Shown: one piece after another, positions 50,101 through 60,259 of the stretch
Numbering within the stretch: the first letter of the stretch is position 1
How the letters are laid out: each line of letters starts with the position of its first letter
Assembly (NCBI GenBank): GCA_021324075.1
Contig: JAJPJW010000211.1
Coordinates: forward strand, 1-61,363
Length of the DNA: 61,363 bases
Source: Pseudomonadota bacterium
GTDB lineage: Bacteria; Oederibacteriota; Muellerivitia; Muellerivitales; Muellerivitaceae
Direction: 5' to 3'
The notes under the pieces: generated by a model
What the model was told of the DNA's origin: nothing
What the model saw: the letters and a program-made list of their open reading frames with translations, nothing else
The model's database searches: none
Translations under genes and position numbers: made by a program

Positions 50101-53100
50101 ATGACTTTTTCTTTACGGTTTTTCTTTAGTTGCACCCTTGTTTTTTGGAGTACGACCTTGCTCGCGGAAGCCCAAACCGCCTGCCCCAACTGGATCGCCG
50201 TCGGTAGTGCCACCATAGCCGGATCCGCAGTAACCCTGACCCCCAACGCAGGCGGACAAAGTGGCGCTTGCTGGAACAGCACGCCCATCGACCTCAACCA
50301 AAATTTCACCTTGGCCTTCAATGAATATTTTGGAACAGGGGGAGGCGCCGACGGGATCGCCTTTGTCCTGCAGGACGACATCCGTACAACTGCGGCCATC
50401 AGCGGCAATGGGCAGCCCTGCGGTTTTTGCCTGGGATACGGCGGAATCAATCCCATTACGCCGTCCGTGGCTTTTTCCATCAACGACTATCAGGACAACG
50501 GTGTTCTAAAGCCGTGGCAAAACGGGGTGACGATCCAAAGTTGTGGTTACGTTGGGGCGGGGAATTCCTGTCCCTATACCTTTACCAGTACAATCCAAAA
50601 TAACGCCACCCATGCCGTCACCGTTTCTTGGAACAGCGCCACAACGACCCTGACCTACACCATCGTGGACTCGGCCGGGGTGGCCCAATCCATGACCTAT
50701 GTCCGGGACCTGGTCAATACCGTGTTTGGCGGACAAAACCTAGTTTATTACGGATTCACTGCGGCCACCGGCGGCGCTTCCAGTCTCCAGTACATTACCA
50801 ACGCAACCTGCAATACGCCGACGCCCACTCCTGCCTGTTCAAGCGGCACGACTTTCGGCTTGAGTACGGTTGGAGGGACCGCCAGCGGCAATGAAGTCAA
50901 TATCCAGGACAGCACCCGTTACAATTTGGCGAGTTCTGCGACGATCACGAGCATGGCGATCAACCTCACGGCTGCCACGGGAGTAACTGGAGTCGTTGGA
51001 ATTTACGCCGATAATGCCGGGACCCCGGGGAATCTCATCACTCAAAGTTCCCAGCAACAGCTTGTTGCAGGCTGGAATCAGCTGAGTGTTGCCCCGGCTC
51101 CTTTGGTCGCTGGAAGCTATTGGCTTGCCTTTTATATGAGCGCTGGAACCGGAAACGTCGCCTTTAATGCGGGGGCCGCAAACAGCGAGTATTTTGTAAA
51201 TGAAACGGGAGGGCCCTTCAACAGCCTGCAAACTCCCTTTGGGGCGGGGACCGCCGGGACAAAGAATTTTTCCATTTATGCGGTTGGATGTATCGGCCCT
51301 GTGGCAACCCCGACTTTTACACCGACGATCACACCGACGATCATTCCTTGTTCCAGGACTATGAACAAGGCCGTAAGTATTATTGCGGCGGCAAATACCA
51401 CCAGTTTGACGCTGCCGTTGACGATTACAACGGGCCTCGCCAATCCCTTACTGGTTGTACAAATAAGTGATGAATCCAATGCAACCGGCATAACCTCGGC
51501 CACTTATAACGGCGTTAATTTGACCCTCGCGATGGGAGTGACCAGTAGCAATGGCGATGCTTGCTGGACTTATTATGAACCGGGGCCCAGCCTTCCGACA
51601 GACGGCCTCGCGCACAATATCATTGTCAATTTTAGCGGTTCCCATATTGCGGCCATGGGGGCCATGGTTCTTACGGGTGTCGCCCAAACCGCGCCGATCA
51701 TCGGAAATTCGGTGGCATTTCAACAGACGACGAACGTCACGAACCCCAATACGACCATCACGACGACCCAGCCCAATTCATTTATCATCGGCTTCGCCCA
51801 TTCCTACAACAATACCGCCATTACTGCCAGCAGCCCTCAAACCGTTGCCTGGACCGAAACCAACGCGGCCCGACACTGGGCGGGAGACTACCAACTGACC
51901 AACGGCACTGGTTCCTATCCCGTGTCCTATACAACGGGGAATATTCATACGGATATTCAAGCCATCGAATTTTACCCTTCCAGCTGTAACCCGACCGCAA
52001 CCCCGACGAAAACACCGACGAATACAACGACCAAAACCCCAACCTTTACCCCGTCCAGCACGGCCACCAACAGCCCCACGCTTACGCCCACCTTTACCCC
52101 GACCTTGACGGCGACTTATACGGCTACGAACACTCCAACGAGCACCACGACGAACACTACGACGAGTACAGCCACCAATACCACTACGAAGACCGCCACC
52201 AGCACCGCCACCTTTACTGCCACGAATACCCCGACCAATACCGCCACGAATACAACAACGACTACACCTACAAACACTGCCACCAATACCCCAACCAACA
52301 CGGCAACCAGCACAACGACTAACACAACTACCAGCACCGCGACCAATACGGCTACAAAGACTGCGACCAGCACCACAACCACTACGGCTACAAATACCAC
52401 TACCAATACTGCCACGAATACGCCGACCAATACGGCGACGAACACTGCAACTAATACACCCACCAATACCGCTACCAACACAGCTACCAATACGATGACC
52501 AACACGGCTACTAGTACTGCGACGAATACGGCTACAAGCACGGCCACCTTTACTACCACTAGTACCCCGACCAATACACCCACCAGCACGGCTACTAACA
52601 CTCCAACGAATACGGCAACCAATACAACGACTAATACTGCGACGAAGACCGCCACTACCACCGCTACGAACACGGCAACGAACACGACCACCAATACAGC
52701 GACGAATACCGCGACTAGCACTGCAACTAACACACCTACCAATACGACTACAAGCACTCCGACCAACACGGCTACGAATACGGCCACAAACACCGCTACA
52801 AATACGGCTACCAACACCACCACCAGCACGGCAACTAATACGACCACAAACACAGCCACTAATACTGCAACTAACACACCCACCAATACGACTACAAGCA
52901 CTCCAACCAACACGGCTACGAATACAGCTACTAATACTGCGACCAATACGGCGACGAAGACCGCTACCAGTACCGCCACCAATACAGCGACGAATACCGC
53001 CACTAACACCGCCACAAACACGGCTACCAACACGACGACCAATACCGCTACGAACACTGCCACAAACACTGCTACCAATACGACTACGAGCACTCCAACC

Positions 53101-56100
53101 AACACGGCTACGAATACGGCCACCAACACTGCGACTAGTACAACCACAAATACTGCAACGAACACGGGAACCAATACGGCCACAAGCACCCCAACCAATA
53201 CTGCTACGAATACGGCCACAAACACTGCAACCAGTACAGCTACAAATACCGCTACGAACACCGCTACTAATACAGCGACAAATACGACGACGAAAACCGC
53301 TACCAGCACTGCTACAAATACACCCACCAATACGGCCACCAACACCGCCACGAATACTGTTACGGACACAGCCACAAATACTGCGACCAACACGCCTACC
53401 AATACAGCTACCAGTACAGCCACGAATACCGCTACCAATACCCCCACGAATACATTCATCCATACGGCCACGAATACGGCGACGAGTACCCCGACCAGTA
53501 CGCCGACCAATACAACTACAAATACTCCCACCAGCACCACTACCAATACGGCTACGAATACAGCTACCGAAACGGCCACCAATACAGCGACCAATACACC
53601 AACAAATACACCGACCAATTCGGCGACGAACACTGCTACCAATACCGCTACAAATACTGCTACGAATACAGCCACCAATACGGCCACGGATACGGCAACT
53701 TACACGGCTACAAATACCGCTACGAACACGGCCACCAATACAGCTACTAACACAGCAACCAACACGGCCACTACCACCGCAACTAATACGGCGACAAATA
53801 CACCCACGAATACCACCACCAATACGGCTACGGACACGGCCACCAATACGCCGACGTATACGGCAAGCAACACTGCTACGTTGACGGCGACAAACACACC
53901 CACCAGCACAGCGACCAACACCACGACGAATACGGCTACCACTACCCCCACGAATACGGCAACCAACACGACGACCAATACCGCCACCAACACGCCAACG
54001 AATACTCCGACGAATACTGCTACGAATACAGCCACCAATACGGCGACCAATACCGCCACGAATACGGCCACGAACACGACCACTGATACTCCGACGAATA
54101 CGACCACGAACACCGCCACGGATACCCCGACGAACACCGCGACCAATACGGCCACTAATACGGCTACGAATACCGCCACGAGTACGGTCACCAATACGAC
54201 AACGAATACTCCGACGAATACGGCCACGAACACCGCCACGAATACCCCGACGAACACTGCTACCAATACGGCTACTAATACGGCTACGAATACCACTACC
54301 GCCACGGCCACCCAGACAACCACCGATACGCCGACGAATACACCGACTAATACCGCCACGGACACGGCCACCAACACACCGACCCAGACGGCCACAAATA
54401 CGGCTACTGACACGACTACGGAGTCCCCCACCAACACGGCCACTTCAACAGCAACAAACACTCCGACCGATACGGCGACCAACACGGCTACGAATACCGC
54501 CACTTCTACGGCCACGAACACAACCACTGATACTCCGACGAATACGCCGACTCACACCGCTACCGATACAGCCACCAACACCGCCACCAATACGACCACC
54601 AATACGGCTACATTCACCCCCACCAACACAGCGACCAACACGACAACGAATACTCCGACGAATACGGCCACGAGCACCGCCACAGATACCGCGACGAACA
54701 CTGCGACCAACACAGCGACCAGCACTACAACCAATACCGCCACCAGCACCACCACGAATACGCCGACCAATACGGCCACCTCAACCATCACCAGCACGCC
54801 CACCGTTACAGCTACGGCAACGCCGACCGATACGGGAACGCTTCCGCCGACCGCTACACCTACGAACACCGCGACCAATACTCCGACAGGTACTCCCACC
54901 AATACGGCCACGAATACGGCCACCAGCACGGCCACTAATACTGCGACCAATACGCCAACGAATACGGCAACTAATACCGCGACCAATACAGCCACCAATA
55001 CCGCGACTTCTACAACGACAAATACAGCCACCAATACCCCCACTGATACGGCCACCAGTACCACTACCAATACCGCCACACCAACAGCCACAAACACTGC
55101 GACGGCAACGGCCACCGATTCGCCCACCGAGACAGCTACGGGCACTCCAACCAACACAGCCACCGCTACAGCCACCCCCACAACCACAAATAGCCCGACA
55201 TCGACAGCTTCGAGCACGCCAACAGGCACGGCCACCAATACCGCCACTTCAACTTGTACTTATACGACGACCGCCACCGCCACCGGCACAGCCACCGCCT
55301 CTCCTAGCTCCACCACGACCAATACTTCCACCACTACCGCCACAGCTACGGCCACCAACACTTGCACTTCAACCTGCACCTCGACGCCGACGAATACCGC
55401 GACCCAAACAGCCACTTCAACCGCCACCGGGACCTTTACTTCCACGCCGACCTTTACGGCGACCTACACGCTCACGAATACGGCGACTTCCACCGCCACC
55501 AGCACCATCACCCTTACGCCTACCGTCACGGCCACTTCCACGATTACAGGAACTCCCACGAACACCCATACGCCCGGTTGCGGCCTCCAAATGGTCCAGA
55601 TTTACGACGACAGGGGCGAGCAGGTTGCTTCCATTTGCGGGTCGCTGTCCTTCTCGGGAGGGAGTACTTTCTCAATGTCTCTTTCCAATTTCGCACCCAA
55701 CTCAAACGGCCCTGGCGGGACTATCTCGATTTATTTGAATGGCCAAACAGTCGGGACGTGGAATGGTACGAAAGACAGCGGAGATTGGGTACCGAACGGG
55801 TTTTACCATTTTGTCTTGGTGGAACACTCGCCCGACGGGAGCACTGTCCAAATGGAAAGGGATGCCTTTATATCAACTTATCACGGCGAATCGATATCCC
55901 TGGTTGCTTGGCCCAACACGGCTCACCCTGGGCAAATGGTCAATTTCAACGCTTCTTTTGCTGGAACACCTGCGGATTCCCAAAGTAAAATGAAAATCTA
56001 TACAGCCGACGGGGAATTGGTCCAAACCGTCAGCTTTACAGTCGGAACCGCCCTTTGGGACTTGAGAAACCCCTCCGGCCAAGTTGTCGCATCCGGGCTT

Positions 56101-56181
56101 TATTTGGCTGTCTTGGACGGGGTCGATCCATTAAACGGCCAATCCCTTAACAAAGTCGTTAAAGTGGTAGTCACTCACTGA
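50101..56181 (+). CDS. Giant secreted protein: legume-lectin-like and beta-sandwich domains, Thr-X repeat stalk, FlgD-Ig and T9SS-like C-terminal domain
   Basis: Signal peptide; LTP...GADGIAFV...YYGFTAATG (L-type lectin); about 1,190 aa of TATN/TPTN; WNG.KDSG..VPNGFY; WPN...KIYTADGELVQ...WDLRNPSGQVVASGLY...KVVV. Confidence 0.85.
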   Translation: MTFSLRFFFSCTLVFWSTTLLAEAQTACPNWIAVGSATIAGSAVTLTPNAGGQSGACWNSTPIDLNQNFTLAFNEYFGTGGGADGIAFVLQDDIRTTAAISGNGQPCGFCLGYGGINPITPSVAFSINDYQDNGVLKPWQNGVTIQSCGYVGAGNSCPYTFTSTIQNNATHAVTVSWNSATTTLTYTIVDSAGVAQSMTYVRDLVNTVFGGQNLVYYGFTAATGGASSLQYITNATCNTPTPTPACSSGTTFGLSTVGGTASGNEVNIQDSTRYNLASSATITSMAINLTAATGVTGVVGIYADNAGTPGNLITQSSQQQLVAGWNQLSVAPAPLVAGSYWLAFYMSAGTGNVAFNAGAANSEYFVNETGGPFNSLQTPFGAGTAGTKNFSIYAVGCIGPVATPTFTPTITPTIIPCSRTMNKAVSIIAAANTTSLTLPLTITTGLANPLLVVQISDESNATGITSATYNGVNLTLAMGVTSSNGDACWTYYEPGPSLPTDGLAHNIIVNFSGSHIAAMGAMVLTGVAQTAPIIGNSVAFQQTTNVTNPNTTITTTQPNSFIIGFAHSYNNTAITASSPQTVAWTETNAARHWAGDYQLTNGTGSYPVSYTTGNIHTDIQAIEFYPSSCNPTATPTKTPTNTTTKTPTFTPSSTATNSPTLTPTFTPTLTATYTATNTPTSTTTNTTTSTATNTTTKTATSTATFTATNTPTNTATNTTTTTPTNTATNTPTNTATSTTTNTTTSTATNTATKTATSTTTTTATNTTTNTATNTPTNTATNTATNTPTNTATNTATNTMTNTATSTATNTATSTATFTTTSTPTNTPTSTATNTPTNTATNTTTNTATKTATTTATNTATNTTTNTATNTATSTATNTPTNTTTSTPTNTATNTATNTATNTATNTTTSTATNTTTNTATNTATNTPTNTTTSTPTNTATNTATNTATNTATKTATSTATNTATNTATNTATNTATNTTTNTATNTATNTATNTTTSTPTNTATNTATNTATSTTTNTATNTGTNTATSTPTNTATNTATNTATSTATNTATNTATNTATNTTTKTATSTATNTPTNTATNTATNTVTDTATNTATNTPTNTATSTATNTATNTPTNTFIHTATNTATSTPTSTPTNTTTNTPTSTTTNTATNTATETATNTATNTPTNTPTNSATNTATNTATNTATNTATNTATDTATYTATNTATNTATNTATNTATNTATTTATNTATNTPTNTTTNTATDTATNTPTYTASNTATLTATNTPTSTATNTTTNTATTTPTNTATNTTTNTATNTPTNTPTNTATNTATNTATNTATNTATNTTTDTPTNTTTNTATDTPTNTATNTATNTATNTATSTVTNTTTNTPTNTATNTATNTPTNTATNTATNTATNTTTATATQTTTDTPTNTPTNTATDTATNTPTQTATNTATDTTTESPTNTATSTATNTPTDTATNTATNTATSTATNTTTDTPTNTPTHTATDTATNTATNTTTNTATFTPTNTATNTTTNTPTNTATSTATDTATNTATNTATSTTTNTATSTTTNTPTNTATSTITSTPTVTATATPTDTGTLPPTATPTNTATNTPTGTPTNTATNTATSTATNTATNTPTNTATNTATNTATNTATSTTTNTATNTPTDTATSTTTNTATPTATNTATATATDSPTETATGTPTNTATATATPTTTNSPTSTASSTPTGTATNTATSTCTYTTTATATGTATASPSSTTTNTSTTTATATATNTCTSTCTSTPTNTATQTATSTATGTFTSTPTFTATYTLTNTATSTATSTITLTPTVTATSTITGTPTNTHTPGCGLQMVQIYDDRGEQVASICGSLSFSGGSTFSMSLSNFAPNSNGPGGTISIYLNGQTVGTWNGTKDSGDWVPNGFYHFVLVEHSPDGSTVQMERDAFISTYHGESISLVAWPNTAHPGQMVNFNASFAGTPADSQSKMKIYTADGELVQTVSFTVGTALWDLRNPSGQVVASGLYLAVLDGVDPLNGQSLNKVVKVVVTH
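51991..55572 (+). repeat. Coding 12-bp-period degenerate repeat (ACN-GCN/CCN/ACN-ACN-AAY) encoding T-A/P/T-T-N
   Basis: Directly visible in DNA and translation; third codon positions vary. Confidence 0.95.
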
Positions 56182-56198
56182 AAGGAGTGAAGGAATCC

Positions 56199-57635
56199 AT
56201 GAGGATTCCGAATTTAAACCTTTACATGAAAACAAAGTCCAACCTTCAACGCCTTGTGGTTTTTTCCTTCTTTTTTTACCTTTCTGGTTCTCCATGTCAT
56301 GCGCTTTTTGACCGGGGCGGAATCCTTGGTGTGGGCACCCGTGCTATGGGCTTGAGCGGCGCATTCACGGCCGTCGCCGACGATTCAAGCGCCGCCTATT
56401 GGAACCCAGCCGGATTGGTCCAGATAAACCAACCCCAGATCTTGGGAATGTACGGCTCCTATTTGAACGACAAAAATCGGAACCTCTATTTTTCATTTCA
56501 ATACCCGCTTCCCGACGACATCCACTTGGCCATCAGTACCAATAATCTTTTTTACACGGATATTTCGGGGTCCCACGAGGACCAATACACGGGATCGGTG
56601 GCGATTCCGATGGATTTTGTCACCGAAAAGCGCCTGCTCTTTGGGGCAAACTTTCGTTATCTTTTTGCGGATACGGGCGCTAGCGGAGGGGGTACGGTCC
56701 AAGGTACGGGTGTGGACCTGGGGTTCCTTTATCGACAACCCTTCAAGGACAACACCGAGTTGAAGGCCGGCTTGGTTTTGACAGACCTTTCGACGGCCGT
56801 CCGATATGACAGTACGGGGGTGGAACAACCCGTTCCGTCCGTTTTAACACTCGGCTTAGCCTATCATTTCGACCCTTACACCCTGGTTTCGTCGGATATG
56901 CCGTGGACGCTTTCCAACGACAGCCTTTTCGGAGGCGAAGACGTTCGAATTCGGGGCGGGGTAGAGCATTGGTTTTTTGATGGCCGCCTTGGGCTAAGGG
57001 CGGGGTTCATCAGCTTCGTTACCCTTTCGGGTGAATTCAGCATCGGTGCCAGTTACCGTTCCGCCGACTGGTCGGTTGATTATGCCTATGCCAATCACCC
57101 GGACCTGGGTAACGATCACCGACTTTCGGCAAGCTATTATTTCGACGCCGGGCCCCCTGGACAAATCGAACCAAAACCCTATATGGTCCAATCCCTGGTT
57201 GGAGATGGGAAAATCTACTTGAAGTGGGATATTCCCGAGGGGAGCAAGGCCGACGGATTCCTGGTTTATTTCCGGACCGATGATATGAAGGACTTCCAAA
57301 GGGCCAAGCAGGAACTGCTCCAAACAAAGTATTGCCTGCTCCGGGGCGCCAAAAACGGAATGAGCTACCACATCATTATTCGGTCGGTCGTGGAAGGCCA
57401 GGAGAAATACGCCTGCAATGAATGGGTTGTGACGGCCCGCCCCATCCTGGATGACGCCAAGAAATATTATGACGAAGGCGTGAGTGATTTTAACCAGGAC
57501 AAAATTTCATCCGCTCTTTATCAAGCCCATAAAGCGGAAGAGTTCGACCCTAATAATTACGATATCAAGAACCTGATCCGAAAATTGGAAACGACCCACC
57601 ATGATGGGCTGGTTCCGGAAGAAGACCGTCCTTAA
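56199..57635 (+). CDS. PorV/PorQ family barrel fused to FN3-like and TPR domains
   Basis: GVGTRAMGLSGAFTAVADDSSAAYWNPAGL; DLGNDHRLSASYYF; GDGKIYLKW...GFLVY...NGMSYHI (FN3-like); terminal TPR; start 56187/56199/56226 uncertain. Confidence 0.8.
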   Translation: MRIPNLNLYMKTKSNLQRLVVFSFFFYLSGSPCHALFDRGGILGVGTRAMGLSGAFTAVADDSSAAYWNPAGLVQINQPQILGMYGSYLNDKNRNLYFSFQYPLPDDIHLAISTNNLFYTDISGSHEDQYTGSVAIPMDFVTEKRLLFGANFRYLFADTGASGGGTVQGTGVDLGFLYRQPFKDNTELKAGLVLTDLSTAVRYDSTGVEQPVPSVLTLGLAYHFDPYTLVSSDMPWTLSNDSLFGGEDVRIRGGVEHWFFDGRLGLRAGFISFVTLSGEFSIGASYRSADWSVDYAYANHPDLGNDHRLSASYYFDAGPPGQIEPKPYMVQSLVGDGKIYLKWDIPEGSKADGFLVYFRTDDMKDFQRAKQELLQTKYCLLRGAKNGMSYHIIIRSVVEGQEKYACNEWVVTARPILDDAKKYYDEGVSDFNQDKISSALYQAHKAEEFDPNNYDIKNLIRKLETTHHDGLVPEEDRP

Positions 57636-57676
57636 GCCGGATCGAAAGCCCTTTCCAGATGGCTTTAATTCATTGC

Positions 57677-57705
57677 TTGTCATCCGCTGGGACATCCCCT
57701 AAAAT
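57677..57705 (+). promoter_or_regulatory. Sigma70 promoter upstream of purA leader
   Basis: TTGTCA-N17-TAAAAT. Confidence 0.6.
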
Positions 57706-57727
57706 AAACGGGAATTATGCATCGGAC

Positions 57728-57758
57728 AACTCCGCCAGGAAAGGCGGAGTTTTTTTTT
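57728..57758 (+). terminator. Intrinsic terminator within purA 5' region (possible attenuator)
   Basis: AACTCCGCC-AGGAAA-GGCGGAG followed by 9 T. Confidence 0.85.
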
Positions 57759-57785
57759 GCCCAGCTAAAATTTATTTCCTAATAG

Positions 57786-59096
<1,311 letters not shown>

Positions 59097-59159
59097 TCAT
59101 TTGTTTTGCAATTCAAGGCCAAAAAGTATATTTTTTGAGCCTTGCCCGGGGTCTTGGGT

Positions 59160-59235
59160 GAGTCGTTAGCTCAGTTGGTAGAGCACCACACTTTTAATGT
59201 GGGTGTCCCGGGTTCGATCCCCGGACGACTCACCA
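59160..59235 (+). tRNA. tRNA-Lys (TTT)
   Basis: GAGTCGT/ACGACTC acceptor stem, anticodon arm CCACA-CTTTTAA-TGTGG, GTTCGATC T-loop, encoded CCA. Confidence 0.97.
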
Positions 59236-59340
59236 AGGGCCTTGGCCACACCCACCTTATTGGTTCTCCTCAAAACCTTCCTTGCATCTGTTCGTGAATT
59301 TCATTTATAACTAACCGTATTTATTATTTGGGCGGGGTCC

Positions 59341-59613
59341 ATGGTTCGAATCAAGCTAAACATTGCGCTGTTGGGTGTTTGTACTTTTTTAATTTTTGCC
59401 TCAGTTCCTGCATTTTCCGCGGATTCAAAACCACAGACCGTAAACGGGGTTTCACCCCCCCACTCAAAAAAGGCTTCCAAACACCATTCGCGTCACAAAA
59501 GTAAAAAAATAAGCAATCCATCAAATCCGAGCTCTATGGATTCCCAGGAAGAAGTGACGGATCAAAGAGAAGTCTCCCAGCAATCCGATCATTCCGAGAC
59601 CAAGAGAAAATAA
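59341..59613 (+). CDS. Small secreted low-complexity hypothetical protein
   Basis: Signal peptide ending AFS-A; K/H/S-rich then acidic tail. Confidence 0.6.
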   Translation: MVRIKLNIALLGVCTFLIFASVPAFSADSKPQTVNGVSPPHSKKASKHHSRHKSKKISNPSNPSSMDSQEEVTDQREVSQQSDHSETKRK

Positions 59614-59629
59614 ATTCAAAGGAGGGCAT

Positions 59630-60214
59630 ATGGCCGCCACACCGTCGACGATGCTGGCTTTAGGAACCCAGGCACCCGATTTTCACTTGCCGGACGTGGT
59701 CACGGGACAAAAACGGTCCCTTCGGGATTTCGTGAAAAACAAAATTTTATTGGTGATGTTCATTTGCCGCCACTGCCCCTATGTCAAGCACGTGCAAGAC
59801 CAATTGGCCCGAATTGGGGAAGAGTACGTCCCGAGAAACGTCGGAATGGTTGCCATCAGTTCTAACGACGCGGGCAACTATCCTGATGATTCGCCCGAAA
59901 GCTTGAGGGAAATGGCAAGAACCTTGAAGTTCAATTTTCCTCTTTGTTATGACGAAACCCAGGAGGCCGCAAAAGCTTATCGGGCCGCTTGTACCCCCGA
60001 ATTTTACCTCTTCAACGAAGAACGCAAATTGGCCTACCGAGGGCAGTTGGACGATAGCAGGCCAAAAAACGATCTTCCAGTGACTGGTAAGGATCTGCGG
60101 GCCGCCCTGGAGGCCGCTTTGACGGGAAGAGAACCAATGATGGAACAGAAACCTGGAATCGGTTGCAACATCAAGTGGAAACCGGGCAATGAGCCGGATT
60201 ATTACAGCCACTAG
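59630..60214 (+). CDS. Thioredoxin-fold (AhpC/TSA/redoxin) protein
   Basis: APDFHLPD, FICRHCPYV, AACTP, YRGQLDD, GCNIKW; GGAGG SD. Confidence 0.92.
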   Translation: MAATPSTMLALGTQAPDFHLPDVVTGQKRSLRDFVKNKILLVMFICRHCPYVKHVQDQLARIGEEYVPRNVGMVAISSNDAGNYPDDSPESLREMARTLKFNFPLCYDETQEAAKAYRAACTPEFYLFNEERKLAYRGQLDDSRPKNDLPVTGKDLRAALEAALTGREPMMEQKPGIGCNIKWKPGNEPDYYSH

Positions 60215-60259
60215 GTTCTGAGACGACCATCTTTCTCGAATTTCCACTTTCTTCGTAGT

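Noticed and set aside
51778-55445. Long minus-strand ORFs (VAVLVAVF... and GSRIGG... repeats)
   Set aside because: Antisense shadows of the Thr-X repeat; the complement of ACN/GCN/AAY codons rarely gives stops
51991-55572. Possible CRISPR array or non-coding satellite
   Set aside because: No constant repeat with unique spacers; the period is codon-based, it lies inside an ORF, and no cas genes are present
59160-59235. tRNA-Lys as an att site
   Set aside because: No integrase or direct repeat seen within the window
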